A stretch of 64,000 bases of DNA, taken from Candidatus Eiseniibacteriota bacterium (lineage in GTDB: Bacteria > Eisenbacteria > RBG-16-71-46 > CAIMUX01 > VGJL01). The translations under genes were made by a program, and so were the position numbers. The stretch is taken from positions 76,425-140,424 of the forward strand of contig JBHGAY010000009.1 in the NCBI GenBank assembly GCA_041946735.1, read 5' to 3'. The notes beneath the pieces were generated by a model. The model was given only the letters and a program-made list of their open reading frames with translations. It was not told the DNA's origin and ran no database searches. Positions 9,890 to 19,750 of this stretch are shown piece after piece (position 1 is the first letter of the stretch; each line of letters opens with the position of its first letter).

Positions 9890-11389
9890 ATGCCGATCGG
9901 TTCGCTTTTCGGTCCTTTCCCCATGCAAGCGACCGGCCAGGAACGGCCGGGTGAAAGCGCGGACGAACCCGCCCTCGCCACCTGGGTGACGACCCTGTCG
10001 TGCGAAGACCTGCTCGCTCTTGGGCGGCAAGCCGACCTCTTCCCCCAGGCCGCCTGGTGGGACTCCGAGACGGGAATCGCCTGGATCGGCATCGGCGCCG
10101 CCCGGGAGCGGATCGCCCAGCCTCCGGTGCCACCCTGGACCCTCATCGACGACTGCAGGCGGGAGCTCTTGCGGATCCCGGCCCCGCAGCAGGCGAGCAA
10201 GGTGCTTCGGTATGCAGGCGGAGTTCCGTTCGACCCGGTAGCCGGAGCCCATCCGGAGTGGCCGGCAGGGGGAGCGACCCGCTTCTTCCTTCCCCGCCTC
10301 TGCCTGCAGCAGGCGCCGGGAAGCCGCCAGGCGATCCTCGCCGTGACCGTGGAAGCCGATCCGGCGCGGCCCGAGAGGGCGTGCGAGCAGGTGGGCCGCT
10401 GGATCGAGACGGTTCGCGGCTGGGCGCTCGCGCGGGGCGGAAGCGGAGCAGCGGCCGGGAACGGCGAGCGCGGGGGGAACGGCGAGGGCGGAAGGCACGG
10501 CGACGGCACCGGCAACGGCGCGGGCGGGGCGGACGGGACGAGCGGCGGCGAGCCCGGCACGCAGCTTCGTGAAGTCGCGATCCCCGGAGGACAGGAGCGC
10601 TTCGAGGCGAGCGTCGCGCAGGCGCTCGCAGCGATCGAACGAGAGGAGATCCGCAAGGTCGTCCTTTCCCGCGACGTCATCCTCGAAGCTTCGCAGCCGC
10701 TCGACCCGTGGGATCTCTTCGCGCGAATCGTTCGACACGCGCCGCCCGGGTTCCCCTTCCTGTTCCGGTTCGACCGCGAAGGATCCTTCCTCGGCGCTAC
10801 GCCGGAGCGGCTCGTCCGGGAATCGCGGGGCACGATCTCGTGCGACTGCCTCGCCGGGACGATCGGACGCGGAGCGGACGCGGCGGAGGACGCTCGCCTC
10901 GAGGCGTCGCTGCGGAGCAGCGAGAAGGATCTGCGCGAGCATCGCTTCGTCCTCGACGGAATCCGGGGGGCGCTCGCGCCGCTGGTCGCACGCATGGAGG
11001 TTCCGGCCAGCCCGGAGGTGCGGAAGCTGCCGCGCGTGCAGCACCTCTCCTCGCCGGTCCGCGCCCACCTGCATCCCGGCGTCGCCCTCGGGGAGATCGC
11101 GGCGCGCCTGCATCCGACGCCCGCCGTCGGAGGAGCGCCACGCGAAGCGGCGCTTGCGAAGATCGCCGCTCTCGAGTCCCGCCCGCGCGGCTGGTACGCC
11201 GGCCCGGTCGGATGGATCAGCGCGGGCGAGGCGGATCTCGCCGTCGCGATCCGCTCGGCGATCGTGCGCGGCGCGCGGCTGACGCTCACCGGGGGCGCAG
11301 GGATCGTACGCGGCTCGGACCCTCGATCGGAGTGGGAGGAGACGGCGCGCAAGACCGCCTCGATCCGCTCGCTTCTCGAGGAACGATGA
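9890..11389 (+). CDS. menF: Isochorismate synthase
   Basis: KVVLSR, GATPERL, LAGT, KDLREH, LHPTPAVGG, GWYAG, GAGIV. RBS GGAGGT; first gene of the men operon. Confidence 0.9.
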   Translation: MPIGSLFGPFPMQATGQERPGESADEPALATWVTTLSCEDLLALGRQADLFPQAAWWDSETGIAWIGIGAARERIAQPPVPPWTLIDDCRRELLRIPAPQQASKVLRYAGGVPFDPVAGAHPEWPAGGATRFFLPRLCLQQAPGSRQAILAVTVEADPARPERACEQVGRWIETVRGWALARGGSGAAAGNGERGGNGEGGRHGDGTGNGAGGADGTSGGEPGTQLREVAIPGGQERFEASVAQALAAIEREEIRKVVLSRDVILEASQPLDPWDLFARIVRHAPPGFPFLFRFDREGSFLGATPERLVRESRGTISCDCLAGTIGRGADAAEDARLEASLRSSEKDLREHRFVLDGIRGALAPLVARMEVPASPEVRKLPRVQHLSSPVRAHLHPGVALGEIAARLHPTPAVGGAPREAALAKIAALESRPRGWYAGPVGWISAGEADLAVAIRSAIVRGARLTLTGGAGIVRGSDPRSEWEETARKTASIRSLLEER

Positions 11390-13188
11390 GCGGCGAGAAC
11401 CGCAACATCGTGTGGGCGGAGCGCCTGCTCGGCGTCCTCCGGAGCGTCTTCTCCGTCCGCTACCTCGTCATGAGCCCCGGCTCCCGGTCCTCGCCTGTCG
11501 TCTGCGCCGCCGCCGAGCCGAGGAGCGGCATCGAGATCCTGATCCAGATCGACGAGCGGTCGGCCGCCTACTTCGCGCTCGGGCTGGCGAAAGCGACGCA
11601 GGCTCCGGTGGCGGCGCTCTGCACTTCCGGCACCGCTGCGGCCAACTTCCATCCCGCGGTCGTCGAGGCCTCGCACGCCGGCATCCCCCTGCTGCTGCTG
11701 ACCGCCGACCGCCCGCCGGAAGAACGCGGAATCGGATCCCCGCAGACGATCGATCAGATCCGTCTCTTCGGCTCCGCGGTGCGCGACTTCGTCGAGCTGC
11801 CGCTCCCGGACGACTCGCCCGGCCGGATCGAACGGATGGAGACGCTCGTCGCCCGCGCCGCGCTCGCGTCGCTCGAGCCGGTCCCGGGGCCCGTGCAGAT
11901 CAACGTCCCGTTCCGCGAGCCTCTCGCCCCGGTCCCCGTCCCGCCCGGGGATGGCGCGATCGCCGACCTGTCGGCCGTGTCCGGCGCTCGCCCTCGCCGG
12001 CTGCGCCTGCCCGTCGCGGTGCCGCGCGTCGTCCCTTCCCCCGATCGATCGCGGATCGAGTGGGCGGCCGGACGCGTCGCGCATGCCGAGCGCGGTCTGA
12101 TCCTCGCCGGCCCGGACTCGGTGCGCAGCAGCGAGGACCGGTTCGCCTTGCTCCGCCTCGCGCGCCTGACGTGCTTCCCGGTCCTCGCGGACGTGGCGTC
12201 GGGTATTCGCTTCCCCGCCCCGTTCGAGGACACGATGGCCGGTCCGGGGGCACTCCTCTGCTCGCGCGCCGACGCGTTCCTTCGCGCGCCCGCGCTGCGC
12301 CGCGGCCCGGCGCCGGACCTCGTCCTCTGGTGGGGAGAGCTTCCGACGTCGAAGGCGATCCGGGAATACCTCGTCGCCAGCCGGCCGGAGGTGCTTCGCA
12401 TCCAGCGCGACGCGCGCGTGTGCGATCCCGACGGCACCGTCACCGGCTCGCTGCTCGGCGATACGGCCGAGACCGCTTCGCTGCTCGCCGACTTGATGCC
12501 GCAGCAACGGGCGCCGGATCGATGGCGGGAGCGCTTCCTGCGAGCCGAGCGCGCCGCCGGATCGGTCGAGCGGGAAGTCGGAGAGGCGGACGCCGTCCGA
12601 CTCGCTCTCGCCGCCTGCCCGGCCGGAGCCGCCGTCGTCCTCTCCAACAGCATGCCGGTGCGGTGGGCCGAGACCTATGCGGCGGCCGGCAAGTATCTGC
12701 GAGTCTTCGTGCAGCGAGGCGCCAACGGTATCGACGGGATCGTCTCGACCGCATTCGGGATCGCGCGAGGGACGGCCGCGCCGCTTCTCCTCGTCACCGG
12801 CGACCTCGCCTTCCTTCACGATCTCGGAGGGCTGCGCCTCGCCCGTTACGCGCGAGCGCCGGTCGCGATCCTCTTGCTCGACAACGAAGGCGGCGGCATC
12901 TTCGCGCACCTGCCGATCGCGCAGTTTGCCGAACTCGACCCGTACTTCCGCACCCCGCACGGCTGCGATCTCGCCGCGGCGGCGGAGGTCTTCGGCTTGC
13001 GTCGCGTGGCGCTCGATTCGCCGCGATCGACGCCCGAGGCGGTCGATCTCGCGCTCTCCCAACAGACCGGCGGGACGATGCTTCTCCATCTGAAGACCGA
13101 CGCGGCGGAAGCGGCGAAGCAGCATCGAGAGCGGATGGAGCGGGTCGCACAGGCGGTCGGCAGCGAGCTTCCGGCGACGAGGGACTGA
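11386..13188 (+). CDS. menD: SEPHCHC synthase (ThDP-dependent)
   Basis: SPGSRS, IDERSAAYFALG, TSGTA, TADRP, RGANGIDG, GDLAFLHD...NEGGGIF. ATGA overlap with menF. Confidence 0.95.
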   Translation: MSGENRNIVWAERLLGVLRSVFSVRYLVMSPGSRSSPVVCAAAEPRSGIEILIQIDERSAAYFALGLAKATQAPVAALCTSGTAAANFHPAVVEASHAGIPLLLLTADRPPEERGIGSPQTIDQIRLFGSAVRDFVELPLPDDSPGRIERMETLVARAALASLEPVPGPVQINVPFREPLAPVPVPPGDGAIADLSAVSGARPRRLRLPVAVPRVVPSPDRSRIEWAAGRVAHAERGLILAGPDSVRSSEDRFALLRLARLTCFPVLADVASGIRFPAPFEDTMAGPGALLCSRADAFLRAPALRRGPAPDLVLWWGELPTSKAIREYLVASRPEVLRIQRDARVCDPDGTVTGSLLGDTAETASLLADLMPQQRAPDRWRERFLRAERAAGSVEREVGEADAVRLALAACPAGAAVVLSNSMPVRWAETYAAAGKYLRVFVQRGANGIDGIVSTAFGIARGTAAPLLLVTGDLAFLHDLGGLRLARYARAPVAILLLDNEGGGIFAHLPIAQFAELDPYFRTPHGCDLAAAAEVFGLRRVALDSPRSTPEAVDLALSQQTGGTMLLHLKTDAAEAAKQHRERMERVAQAVGSELPATRD

Positions 13189-13192
13189 CCGG

Positions 13193-14128
13193 ATGTCGCG
13201 GATCCGCGTCTCGGGTGGGTTGCTCCTGCGCGTGCGCGAGAGCGGCGATCCAGGAAGCGGGGCGAACGCGCCGCCCGGGCCCGTCGCGGGAGAGGCCGAC
13301 GCCGCCACACGACGAGAGGAGGAGCCGGGGCCGCCGCCGGCGCTCCTTCTTCACGGCTTCGCGGCGACCGGCGCGTTCTGGGAGCCGATCGCGCGCGATC
13401 TCGACCGCCGCTGCCTGATGCCCGATCTCCCCGGGCACGGGGCGAGCGATGCGCCCGTCCCCTCGGGCTCGTGGCCGCTCACGCGCGCGGCGGACGCGCT
13501 CGCGAGCCTCCTCGACCGCCTCTCGATCGAGCGCGCGGACGTCGTCGCGTACTCGATGGGGGCACGCCTCGCCCTGCACCTGCTGCTCGGTCACGGCGAC
13601 CGCGTCCGCCGCGCCGTCCTGATCGGCGCGTCTCCCGGAATCGCGGGCGCGCGTGAACGGCGCGAGAGGATCGAGAGCGACACGGCCCTCGCCCGCCTGC
13701 TCGAGGAGGAAGGGATCGAGGCGTTCCTGAAGATCTGGGAGGCCAAGCCCCTCTTCGCGAGCGAGGCGAGATTGGAGCGTGAGCGGCGGGACTGGATGCG
13801 CGGGTTGCGCCGCGCGAGCGATCCGCGCGGGCTGGCCGCGGCGCTGCTCGCCTTCGGCACCGGCGCCCAGGAGCCGCTGCACGAGCGGCTCCGAGAGATC
13901 CGCGCCGAGACGCTTCTGGTCGCGGGCGGCGAGGACGCAAAGTTCCGCGCCCTGGCGAGCGAGATGGCCGGAGCGATGACGTGCGCCAGGGCGGCGATCG
14001 TCCCCGGCGCGGGCCACAACGTCCCGCTGGAGGCGCCTCGCGCGACCGTGGCGCTGTTGCGCCGCTTCCTGGCCGAGGGGCCACCTCCGCTGGACGGCGG
14101 CGGCGGCGGCTCCGCCTCGATCGCCTGA
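13193..14128 (+). CDS. menH: SHCHC synthase (alpha/beta hydrolase)
   Basis: [28 protein letters not shown]; position in the men operon. Confidence 0.88.
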   Translation: MSRIRVSGGLLLRVRESGDPGSGANAPPGPVAGEADAATRREEEPGPPPALLLHGFAATGAFWEPIARDLDRRCLMPDLPGHGASDAPVPSGSWPLTRAADALASLLDRLSIERADVVAYSMGARLALHLLLGHGDRVRRAVLIGASPGIAGARERRERIESDTALARLLEEEGIEAFLKIWEAKPLFASEARLERERRDWMRGLRRASDPRGLAAALLAFGTGAQEPLHERLREIRAETLLVAGGEDAKFRALASEMAGAMTCARAAIVPGAGHNVPLEAPRATVALLRRFLAEGPPPLDGGGGGSASIA

Positions 14129-14154
14129 GGCCGGCAACCAAGGAGGAAGATCCG

Positions 14155-14991
14155 TTGCACGAGAACGAGGGCGGAGCGATCCGCTGGCAGAAGGCTCTCG
14201 AGTTCGAGGACATCCGCTACGAGAAGGCCGAAGGGATCGCGAAGATCACGATCGCGCGGCCCGAGGTGCGCAACGCTTTCCGGCCGCAGACCCTCTTCGA
14301 GCTGGAGCGCGCGTTCACCGACGTGCGCGAGGATCCGGCGATCGGCGTCGCGATCCTGACCGGCGAAGGGAAGGAAGCGTTCTGCTCGGGGGGCGATCAG
14401 CGGGTGCGCGGCGAGGCGGGCTACGTCGGCTCCGACGGAGTCCCCCGTCTGAACGTCCTCGACTTGCAGAAGCAGATCCGCTCGCTGCCGAAGCCGGTGA
14501 TCGCGATGGTCGCCGGCTACGCGATCGGCGGCGGTCACGTGCTGCACGTCGTCTGCGATCTGACGATCGCGGCGGAGAACGCCCGCTTCGGGCAGACCGG
14601 GCCGAGGGTCGGAAGCTTCGACGGCGGCTTCGGGGCGAGCATCCTCGCCGATCTCGTCGGTCCCAAGAGGGCGAAGGAGGTCTGGTTCCTCTGCCGGCAG
14701 TACGACGCGCGCGAGGCGCTTGCGATGGGGCTCGTCAACGCGGTTGTGCCGCTCGATCAGCTCGAGAGCGAGACCGTGCGGTGGTGCCGCGACATCCTGC
14801 GGCACTCGCCGCTCGCTCTCCGGTGCTTGAAGTCGGCGTTCAACGCCCGCACGGACGGCGAGGCCGGGCTGCAGGAGCTTGCCGGCAACGCGACGCTGCT
14901 CTACTACATGACCGAGGAGGCGCAGGAGGGGCGCAACGCGTATCTCGAGAAGCGCCGCCCCGATTTCTCGCGCTTCCCGCGGCTTCCCTGA
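14155..14991 (+). CDS. menB: 1,4-dihydroxy-2-naphthoyl-CoA synthase
   Basis: [47 protein letters not shown] start after RBS AAGGAGG. Confidence 0.97.
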   Translation: MHENEGGAIRWQKALEFEDIRYEKAEGIAKITIARPEVRNAFRPQTLFELERAFTDVREDPAIGVAILTGEGKEAFCSGGDQRVRGEAGYVGSDGVPRLNVLDLQKQIRSLPKPVIAMVAGYAIGGGHVLHVVCDLTIAAENARFGQTGPRVGSFDGGFGASILADLVGPKRAKEVWFLCRQYDAREALAMGLVNAVVPLDQLESETVRWCRDILRHSPLALRCLKSAFNARTDGEAGLQELAGNATLLYYMTEEAQEGRNAYLEKRRPDFSRFPRLP

Positions 14992-15047
14992 GTGTCCGCG
15001 GGCTCGAGGCGGGGAAGCTGGAGGATGGGGAAACGAGAGGAACGAAC

Positions 15048-15956
15048 GTGACTCCCGCGACGACGGTCCGACCGCCGCAACGCCGGCTGCCCGCGAGCCC
15101 GCTCGCGCTCTGGTGGACGGCGGCGCGGCCGCGCACTCTACCGGCCGCGATCGCGCCGGTGATCGTCGGGACGGCGATCGCCGCCGCCGCCCACGCGTTC
15201 CGGCCGCTCGTCGCGCTTGCCGCTCTTCTCGGCGCCGTCTGGATCCAGATCGGGACGAACTTCGCCAATGACTACTTCGACTGGAAGCACGGCGCCGATG
15301 CCGCGCGCCAGGGACCGCTACGGGTGACGCAGGCCGGGCTCGTCACCGGACGGCAGATGCGTGTCGCGATCGCGATCGCCTTCGCCGCCGCCACCGCCTG
15401 CGGCGTCTCGCTCGTGGCGGCGGCCGGATGGCCGGTCGTGGCCATCGGAGTCCTCTCGATCCTCGCCGGGCTCGCCTACACCGGAGGCCCGTGGCCGCTG
15501 GGCTACCACGGGCTCGGGGAGCTCTTCGTCCTCCTCTTCTTCGGCGTCGTCGCCGTCTGCGGCACCTACTACGTGCAGGCCCGCGCCGTGACCCCGCTCG
15601 CGCTGGCGCTCTCGATCCCGGTCGGGCTCCTCTCGGTCGCGATCCTCGTCGTGAACAACCTCCGGGACGAAGCGAGCGATCGCGCCTCCGGAAAGCGCAC
15701 GCTGGTCGTGCGCCATGGCGGCCGCTTCGGCCGCGCCGAGTGGTTCGCCGCTGTCGGCGTCGCCTTCGCGGTCCCGCTGCTGCTGGTCGCGACGCGCCGG
15801 CTCGAGCCGCCGGCGCTTTTCGTCCTCGGCGCTCTCGCCCTCGTCCCCTCGCTCGCGCGCACCGTCTCCGGTCCCCGCCCGGGCCCCGCGCTCGCCGGCA
15901 CCTCGCGCCTGCTCCTCGTCTACGCCTTCCTGCTCTCGGCCGGGCTCCTGCTGTGA
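15048..15956 (+). CDS. menA: 1,4-dihydroxy-2-naphthoate prenyltransferase
   Basis: [31 protein letters not shown]...D...GKRTL; multiple TM helices. Confidence 0.93.
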   Translation: MTPATTVRPPQRRLPASPLALWWTAARPRTLPAAIAPVIVGTAIAAAAHAFRPLVALAALLGAVWIQIGTNFANDYFDWKHGADAARQGPLRVTQAGLVTGRQMRVAIAIAFAAATACGVSLVAAAGWPVVAIGVLSILAGLAYTGGPWPLGYHGLGELFVLLFFGVVAVCGTYYVQARAVTPLALALSIPVGLLSVAILVVNNLRDEASDRASGKRTLVVRHGGRFGRAEWFAAVGVAFAVPLLLVATRRLEPPALFVLGALALVPSLARTVSGPRPGPALAGTSRLLLVYAFLLSAGLLL

Positions 15957-17068
15957 TCGTCGATCTCGCTCCCGTTCCGTATGTCCTGCGCCTGCGCGAG
16001 CCGGTCGTCACCGCGCGCGGCGCGTGGCAGGAGCGCCGCGGCTTCTGGGTGGTCCTCCTCGACGAGCAAGGCGGCCACGGAATCGGGGAGGTGGCGCCGC
16101 TTCCGGGCTTCGGCACCGAGACGGAGGAGGAGGCGGCCGCCGCGCTCGATCGCCTGCGCGGCGAACGCAGAGCGGATCCGCATCCGCAGAAGATCGAGAA
16201 GACGCTCGAGTCCTGGGACGTCACGCGAGAGCGGACGCCGGCGCTGTGCGCGGGGCTCGAGCTGGCGCTGCTCGACTGGGCGGGACGATGCGCGGGGTTG
16301 CCGATCGCCGAGATCCTCGCCACCGCCCCGTGCCGCGAGGTGCCGGTCAACGCGCTCCTCGCCTCCGGCGATCCCGGCGCGCTCGCGAGCGCGGCGGCCG
16401 CGGCGATCGCGGCAGGCTACGGCACGCTGAAGGTCAAGGTGGGGGGACGTGCGATCGAGGAAGACGTCCGCAGGCTCGAAGCGGTGCGGCGCGCGGCCGG
16501 CGGCGCCGTGTCGGCGCGGCTGCGCGCCGACGCGAACGGCTCCTGGTCGGTCGACGAGGCGCGCGCGGCCTGCCACCGGCTCGCCGGACTCGATCTCGAA
16601 TACATCGAGGACCCCGTCGCCACGGCGGAGGATCTCGATGCGCTGCGCGCTGGCTGGGCGGGCGGGCAGCCGCCGGTGCCGATCGCTGCTGACGCGCTCG
16701 CCTCGACTCCCGGCCGCGCTCGCGCGCTGCTCCGGTCGCACGCGATCGACGTGCTCGTACTCAAGCCGGCCGTCCTCGGAGGGATCCGCCTCGCCGAGCG
16801 CCTCGCGCTCGACGCGATCGCGGCCGGCCTGCGGGTCGTCGTCACCTCCGCGCTCGACAGCGCCGTCGGGACCGCAGGAGCGTTGCACCTCGCCTGCGCG
16901 CTTCCGCCTTCCTCCGACACGGAGCGGCCGGTCGCGCACGGGCTCGCCACCGCCGGCCTCTTCGAAGAGATGCCGGCGGAAGGGCTGCCGGCGCCGGCCG
17001 ATGGACGCATGCGACTTCCGGACGGCGCGGGCCACGGCGTGCGGCTGCCGTTCGCCTTCCCCTGGTGA
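15953..17068 (+). CDS. menC: o-Succinylbenzoate synthase (enolase superfamily)
   Basis: GEVAPLPGF, KVKVG, RADANG, YIEDP, LKP, GLAT. GTGA overlap with menA. Confidence 0.9.
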   Translation: MIVDLAPVPYVLRLREPVVTARGAWQERRGFWVVLLDEQGGHGIGEVAPLPGFGTETEEEAAAALDRLRGERRADPHPQKIEKTLESWDVTRERTPALCAGLELALLDWAGRCAGLPIAEILATAPCREVPVNALLASGDPGALASAAAAAIAAGYGTLKVKVGGRAIEEDVRRLEAVRRAAGGAVSARLRADANGSWSVDEARAACHRLAGLDLEYIEDPVATAEDLDALRAGWAGGQPPVPIAADALASTPGRARALLRSHAIDVLVLKPAVLGGIRLAERLALDAIAAGLRVVVTSALDSAVGTAGALHLACALPPSSDTERPVAHGLATAGLFEEMPAEGLPAPADGRMRLPDGAGHGVRLPFAFPW

Positions 17069-17087
17069 GGAGCGACGGGAGGACCGG

Positions 17088-18632
17088 ATGCCGCCGAGCT
17101 TCCAGCGACCATCGAGCCTGACCGTCTCCCCCCTCGCCCGCGCGGCCCGCCGGTGGCCGGACGCGCCGGGCCTCCTCTGGAAGGATCTCTCCTTCGACTA
17201 CCGCGCGATGGAGCAGGAGACGCGGCGCGCCGCCTCGGCGCTCCTCTCCCGCGGTATCGCACCGGGAGACCGCATCGCGATCGACGCGCCGCCGGGTCCC
17301 GCTTGGGTGGCCCTGCTGCACGCGGCGCCTCGCGTCGGGGCGATCCTCGTCCCGCTGAACTCGCGCCTGCACCCACGGGAGCAAGCCGAGCAGATCGAGC
17401 GGATCGAGCCGCGGTGGACGCTGCGCGGCGCGGACGGATTGCGGGACTTCCTCGACGGCGCGCCGGAGCCCGACACGGTCGCGCCCGACACGATTGCCAC
17501 CGATCAGACGGCGCTCCTGCTCTTCACTTCGGGGACGACCGGACGTCCGAAGATCGTGCCGCTCACAGCCGGCAACCTGCTCGCGAGCGCGCTCGCGTCG
17601 AACGCCGCCCTCCGGCTCCGCCCGCGCGACCGCTGGCTCGCCTGCCTGCCGCTCTTCCACGTCGGCGGGATCGGCATCCTGTGGCGGTGCGCCCTCGCGG
17701 GAGCGTCCGTCCTCCTGCTTGAGCGATTCGACGCCGCCGGCGCCGAGAAGGCGTTCGAGAGCGGCGGGGCGACGATCGCCTCCTTCGTCCCGGTGATGCT
17801 CGATCGCCTGCTCCAGCGTCGCGTGGGCGAGCCGCTCCCGCCGTCCGTCCGGGCGATCGTCGTCGGAGGCGGACCGGCGCGCCGCGCCTCGCTCGACGCC
17901 TGCCCGGCCGTCTTGGCGAGCTATGGCGCGACGGAGACCTCCTCGCAGGTCACCCTCGCGCGCGGCGAGCCGCGGCTGCCTGGCGCCGGCCGGCCGCTCC
18001 CGCGCGCGCGACTGCGGATCGTGGGGCCCGACGGCGCCACCCTCCCCGCCGAGCAGGTCGGCTGGATCGAGGTTCGAGGACCGATGGTGATGCGAGGCTA
18101 TCTCGATGACACAGAGCCGGACGCCGCGGCGAAAGCGGCGGGCAAAGGCGCGGCGGAAACGGCGGGCGGCGCCGATACGCAAGCGGCGGGGCAGGGCGTG
18201 GCGATGACGAGCGGTTGGTTCCGCACCGGCGACCTCGGGTGCCTCGACGCGGCCGGCTGCCTGCACGTTCGAGGCCGCCGCGAGGATCTCATCGTCACCG
18301 GAGGCGAGAACGTCTATCCCGCGGAGGTGGAGGGCGCCCTCGCCGAGGATCCGAGCGTGGCCGACGTCCTTGTGATCGGGATCGACGATCCTTCGTGGGG
18401 GGAGGTCCCGGCCGCCCTGCTCGTGCTCTCCCGCTCCGCGCCGGACGGTCCGCGCGAGGTGCTCGCGCGCCTGGAGAGCCGGCTCGGCCGCTACAAGATC
18501 CCGCGACGCTATCGGGTCGTGGAGACCATCCCCCGCCTCGCGAACGGCAAGCCGGATCGCGTCACGGCCCGCGCCTGGCTGACAGCCGAAAGCTGGCTGA
18601 CAGCCGAAAGCTGGCCGACAGCCGAAAGCTGA
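17088..18632 (+). CDS. menE: o-Succinylbenzoate-CoA ligase
   Basis: FTSGTTGRPK, PLFHVGG, YGATET, FRTGDLG, GGENVYP, NGK. Confidence 0.92.
   Translation: MPPSFQRPSSLTVSPLARAARRWPDAPGLLWKDLSFDYRAMEQETRRAASALLSRGIAPGDRIAIDAPPGPAWVALLHAAPRVGAILVPLNSRLHPREQAEQIERIEPRWTLRGADGLRDFLDGAPEPDTVAPDTIATDQTALLLFTSGTTGRPKIVPLTAGNLLASALASNAALRLRPRDRWLACLPLFHVGGIGILWRCALAGASVLLLERFDAAGAEKAFESGGATIASFVPVMLDRLLQRRVGEPLPPSVRAIVVGGGPARRASLDACPAVLASYGATETSSQVTLARGEPRLPGAGRPLPRARLRIVGPDGATLPAEQVGWIEVRGPMVMRGYLDDTEPDAAAKAAGKGAAETAGGADTQAAGQGVAMTSGWFRTGDLGCLDAAGCLHVRGRREDLIVTGGENVYPAEVEGALAEDPSVADVLVIGIDDPSWGEVPAALLVLSRSAPDGPREVLARLESRLGRYKIPRRYRVVETIPRLANGKPDRVTARAWLTAESWLTAESWPTAES
18575..18632 (+). repeat. 18-bp tandem repeat x3 forming the end of menE
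   Basis: CTGGCTGACAGCCGAAAG twice, then CTGGCCGACAGCCGAAAG, then CTGA; encodes WLTAES-WLTAES-WPTAES-stop. Confidence 0.9.
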
Positions 18633-18719
18633 TCGCGATGCCCTCGGTGCGTGCCGCCGTCAGGCATGTCGCCGCCGCGATGCCGCCGCCGCGCGCGCAG
18701 GCGCGCCGCGCCGAGCGGC

Positions 18720-19157
18720 TCACGTCGCCGGCGGGAGCGCCTCCTCCAGCGCCTTCCGGAGCGGAATCGGCAGCTCGCGCGGGCGCCCGGTCGAGGGATC
18801 GATGCAGACGTGCACCGTCCTCACGGTCGCGCGCAGCCTCTCCTCCTCCGGCGCCTCGGAGCCGGCGAGCGCGATCCGCACGGCGATCGTGTAGGACGTC
18901 CTGCCGATCGCGACCGGGACGAGGGACAGCGCCAGCTCGTCCCCCACCCGCATCGGCGCACGGAAGTCCGCCTCGGCATGCGCCAGCGGGAGCGCATAGC
19001 CGCGGTCCTCGATCGGGAGGTCCAGCGGCAGCCCGATCGACCGCAGCCAGGCTTCGTAGGCGTCGTGGGCATAGCGAAAGACGCGCGCGAAGAAGACGAT
19101 CCCGGCCGGATCGGCCTCATGGAAGCGCACGCGGGTGTGGTCGAGGAACTCTGCCAT
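18720..19157 (-). CDS. Hotdog-fold acyl-CoA thioesterase, probable DHNA-CoA hydrolase
   Basis: RVRFHEADPAGIVFFARVFRYAHDAYEAWL (4HBT-like); convergent on menE. Confidence 0.8.
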   Translation of the reverse strand: MAEFLDHTRVRFHEADPAGIVFFARVFRYAHDAYEAWLRSIGLPLDLPIEDRGYALPLAHAEADFRAPMRVGDELALSLVPVAIGRTSYTIAVRIALAGSEAPEEERLRATVRTVHVCIDPSTGRPRELPIPLRKALEEALPPAT

Positions 19158-19199
19158 CGCGAGGAAGGCTAGTCGATCCGCCTCCGGCTAGAAAGACCG

Positions 19200-19223
19200 G
19201 CGCCGGCACAACCGTGCCGGCGC
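19200..19223 (-). terminator. Hairpin after iscA, possible intrinsic terminator
   Basis: GCGCCGGCAC-AACC-GTGCCGGCGC perfect 10-bp stem, followed on the minus strand by CGGTCTTTCT. Confidence 0.55.
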
Positions 19224-19257
19224 GCCCGGACCTGCCACCCGCGCCCCTCGCCGCCGC

Positions 19258-19587
19258 TCAGACCGTGAACGAGCTGCCGCAGCCGCAGCTTCCGGTGGCG
19301 TTCGGGTTTTCGAAGACGAAGCCCCGGCCGTTCAAGCCGCTCGAGTAGTCGAGGGTCGTCCCCTTCAGGACCGTCTCGCTCTTCGGATCGAGGAGAAAAC
19401 GCACCCCTTCCTTCTCGATGACGCGGTCGCCTTCGCGCGCCTCGCTCTCGAACTGCAGGACGTAGGAGTAGCCCGAGCAGCCGCCCGCCTTGACGCCCAC
19501 GCGCAGGTAGGTTTCCTCCGGAAGGTTCTCGGAGCGGATCGCGTCCTTGACCGCGCTGAGCGCGGAGTCGGTGATCTGAATCGCCAT
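19258..19587 (-). CDS. iscA: A-type Fe-S carrier (HesB/IscA/ErpA family)
   Basis: LRVGVKAGGCSGYSY and FENPNATGSCGCGSSF. Confidence 0.93.
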   Translation of the reverse strand: MAIQITDSALSAVKDAIRSENLPEETYLRVGVKAGGCSGYSYVLQFESEAREGDRVIEKEGVRFLLDPKSETVLKGTTLDYSSGLNGRGFVFENPNATGSCGCGSSFTV

Positions 19588-19651
19588 GTTCGGATCTGTC
19601 CTCTCTATTCTCTTCGCCGGCCGCATCGGAGCCGTCCGACGCGCCCGGCTG

Positions 19652-19750
19652 GTCCCAGTCTTCTCGTCTCGTGTCCCAGTCTTCTCGTCTCGCCACGAAC
19701 GTCTTGCTACGAACGCCTCGTTACGAACGGCCCGTTACGAACGGCCCGTC
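19652..19750. repeat. Short tandem duplications between iscS and iscA
   Basis: GTCCCAGTCTTCTCGTCTCG twice (21-nt period), then about four ACGAACG-core units with ~14-nt spacing. Confidence 0.8.

Noticed and set aside
9847..13308. Very long antisense or alternate-frame ORFs (also 26309-29728, 30000-32387, 45628-48093, 57952-60453)
   Set aside because: Shadow ORFs expected at ~70% GC opposite clear genes; no recognisable motifs.
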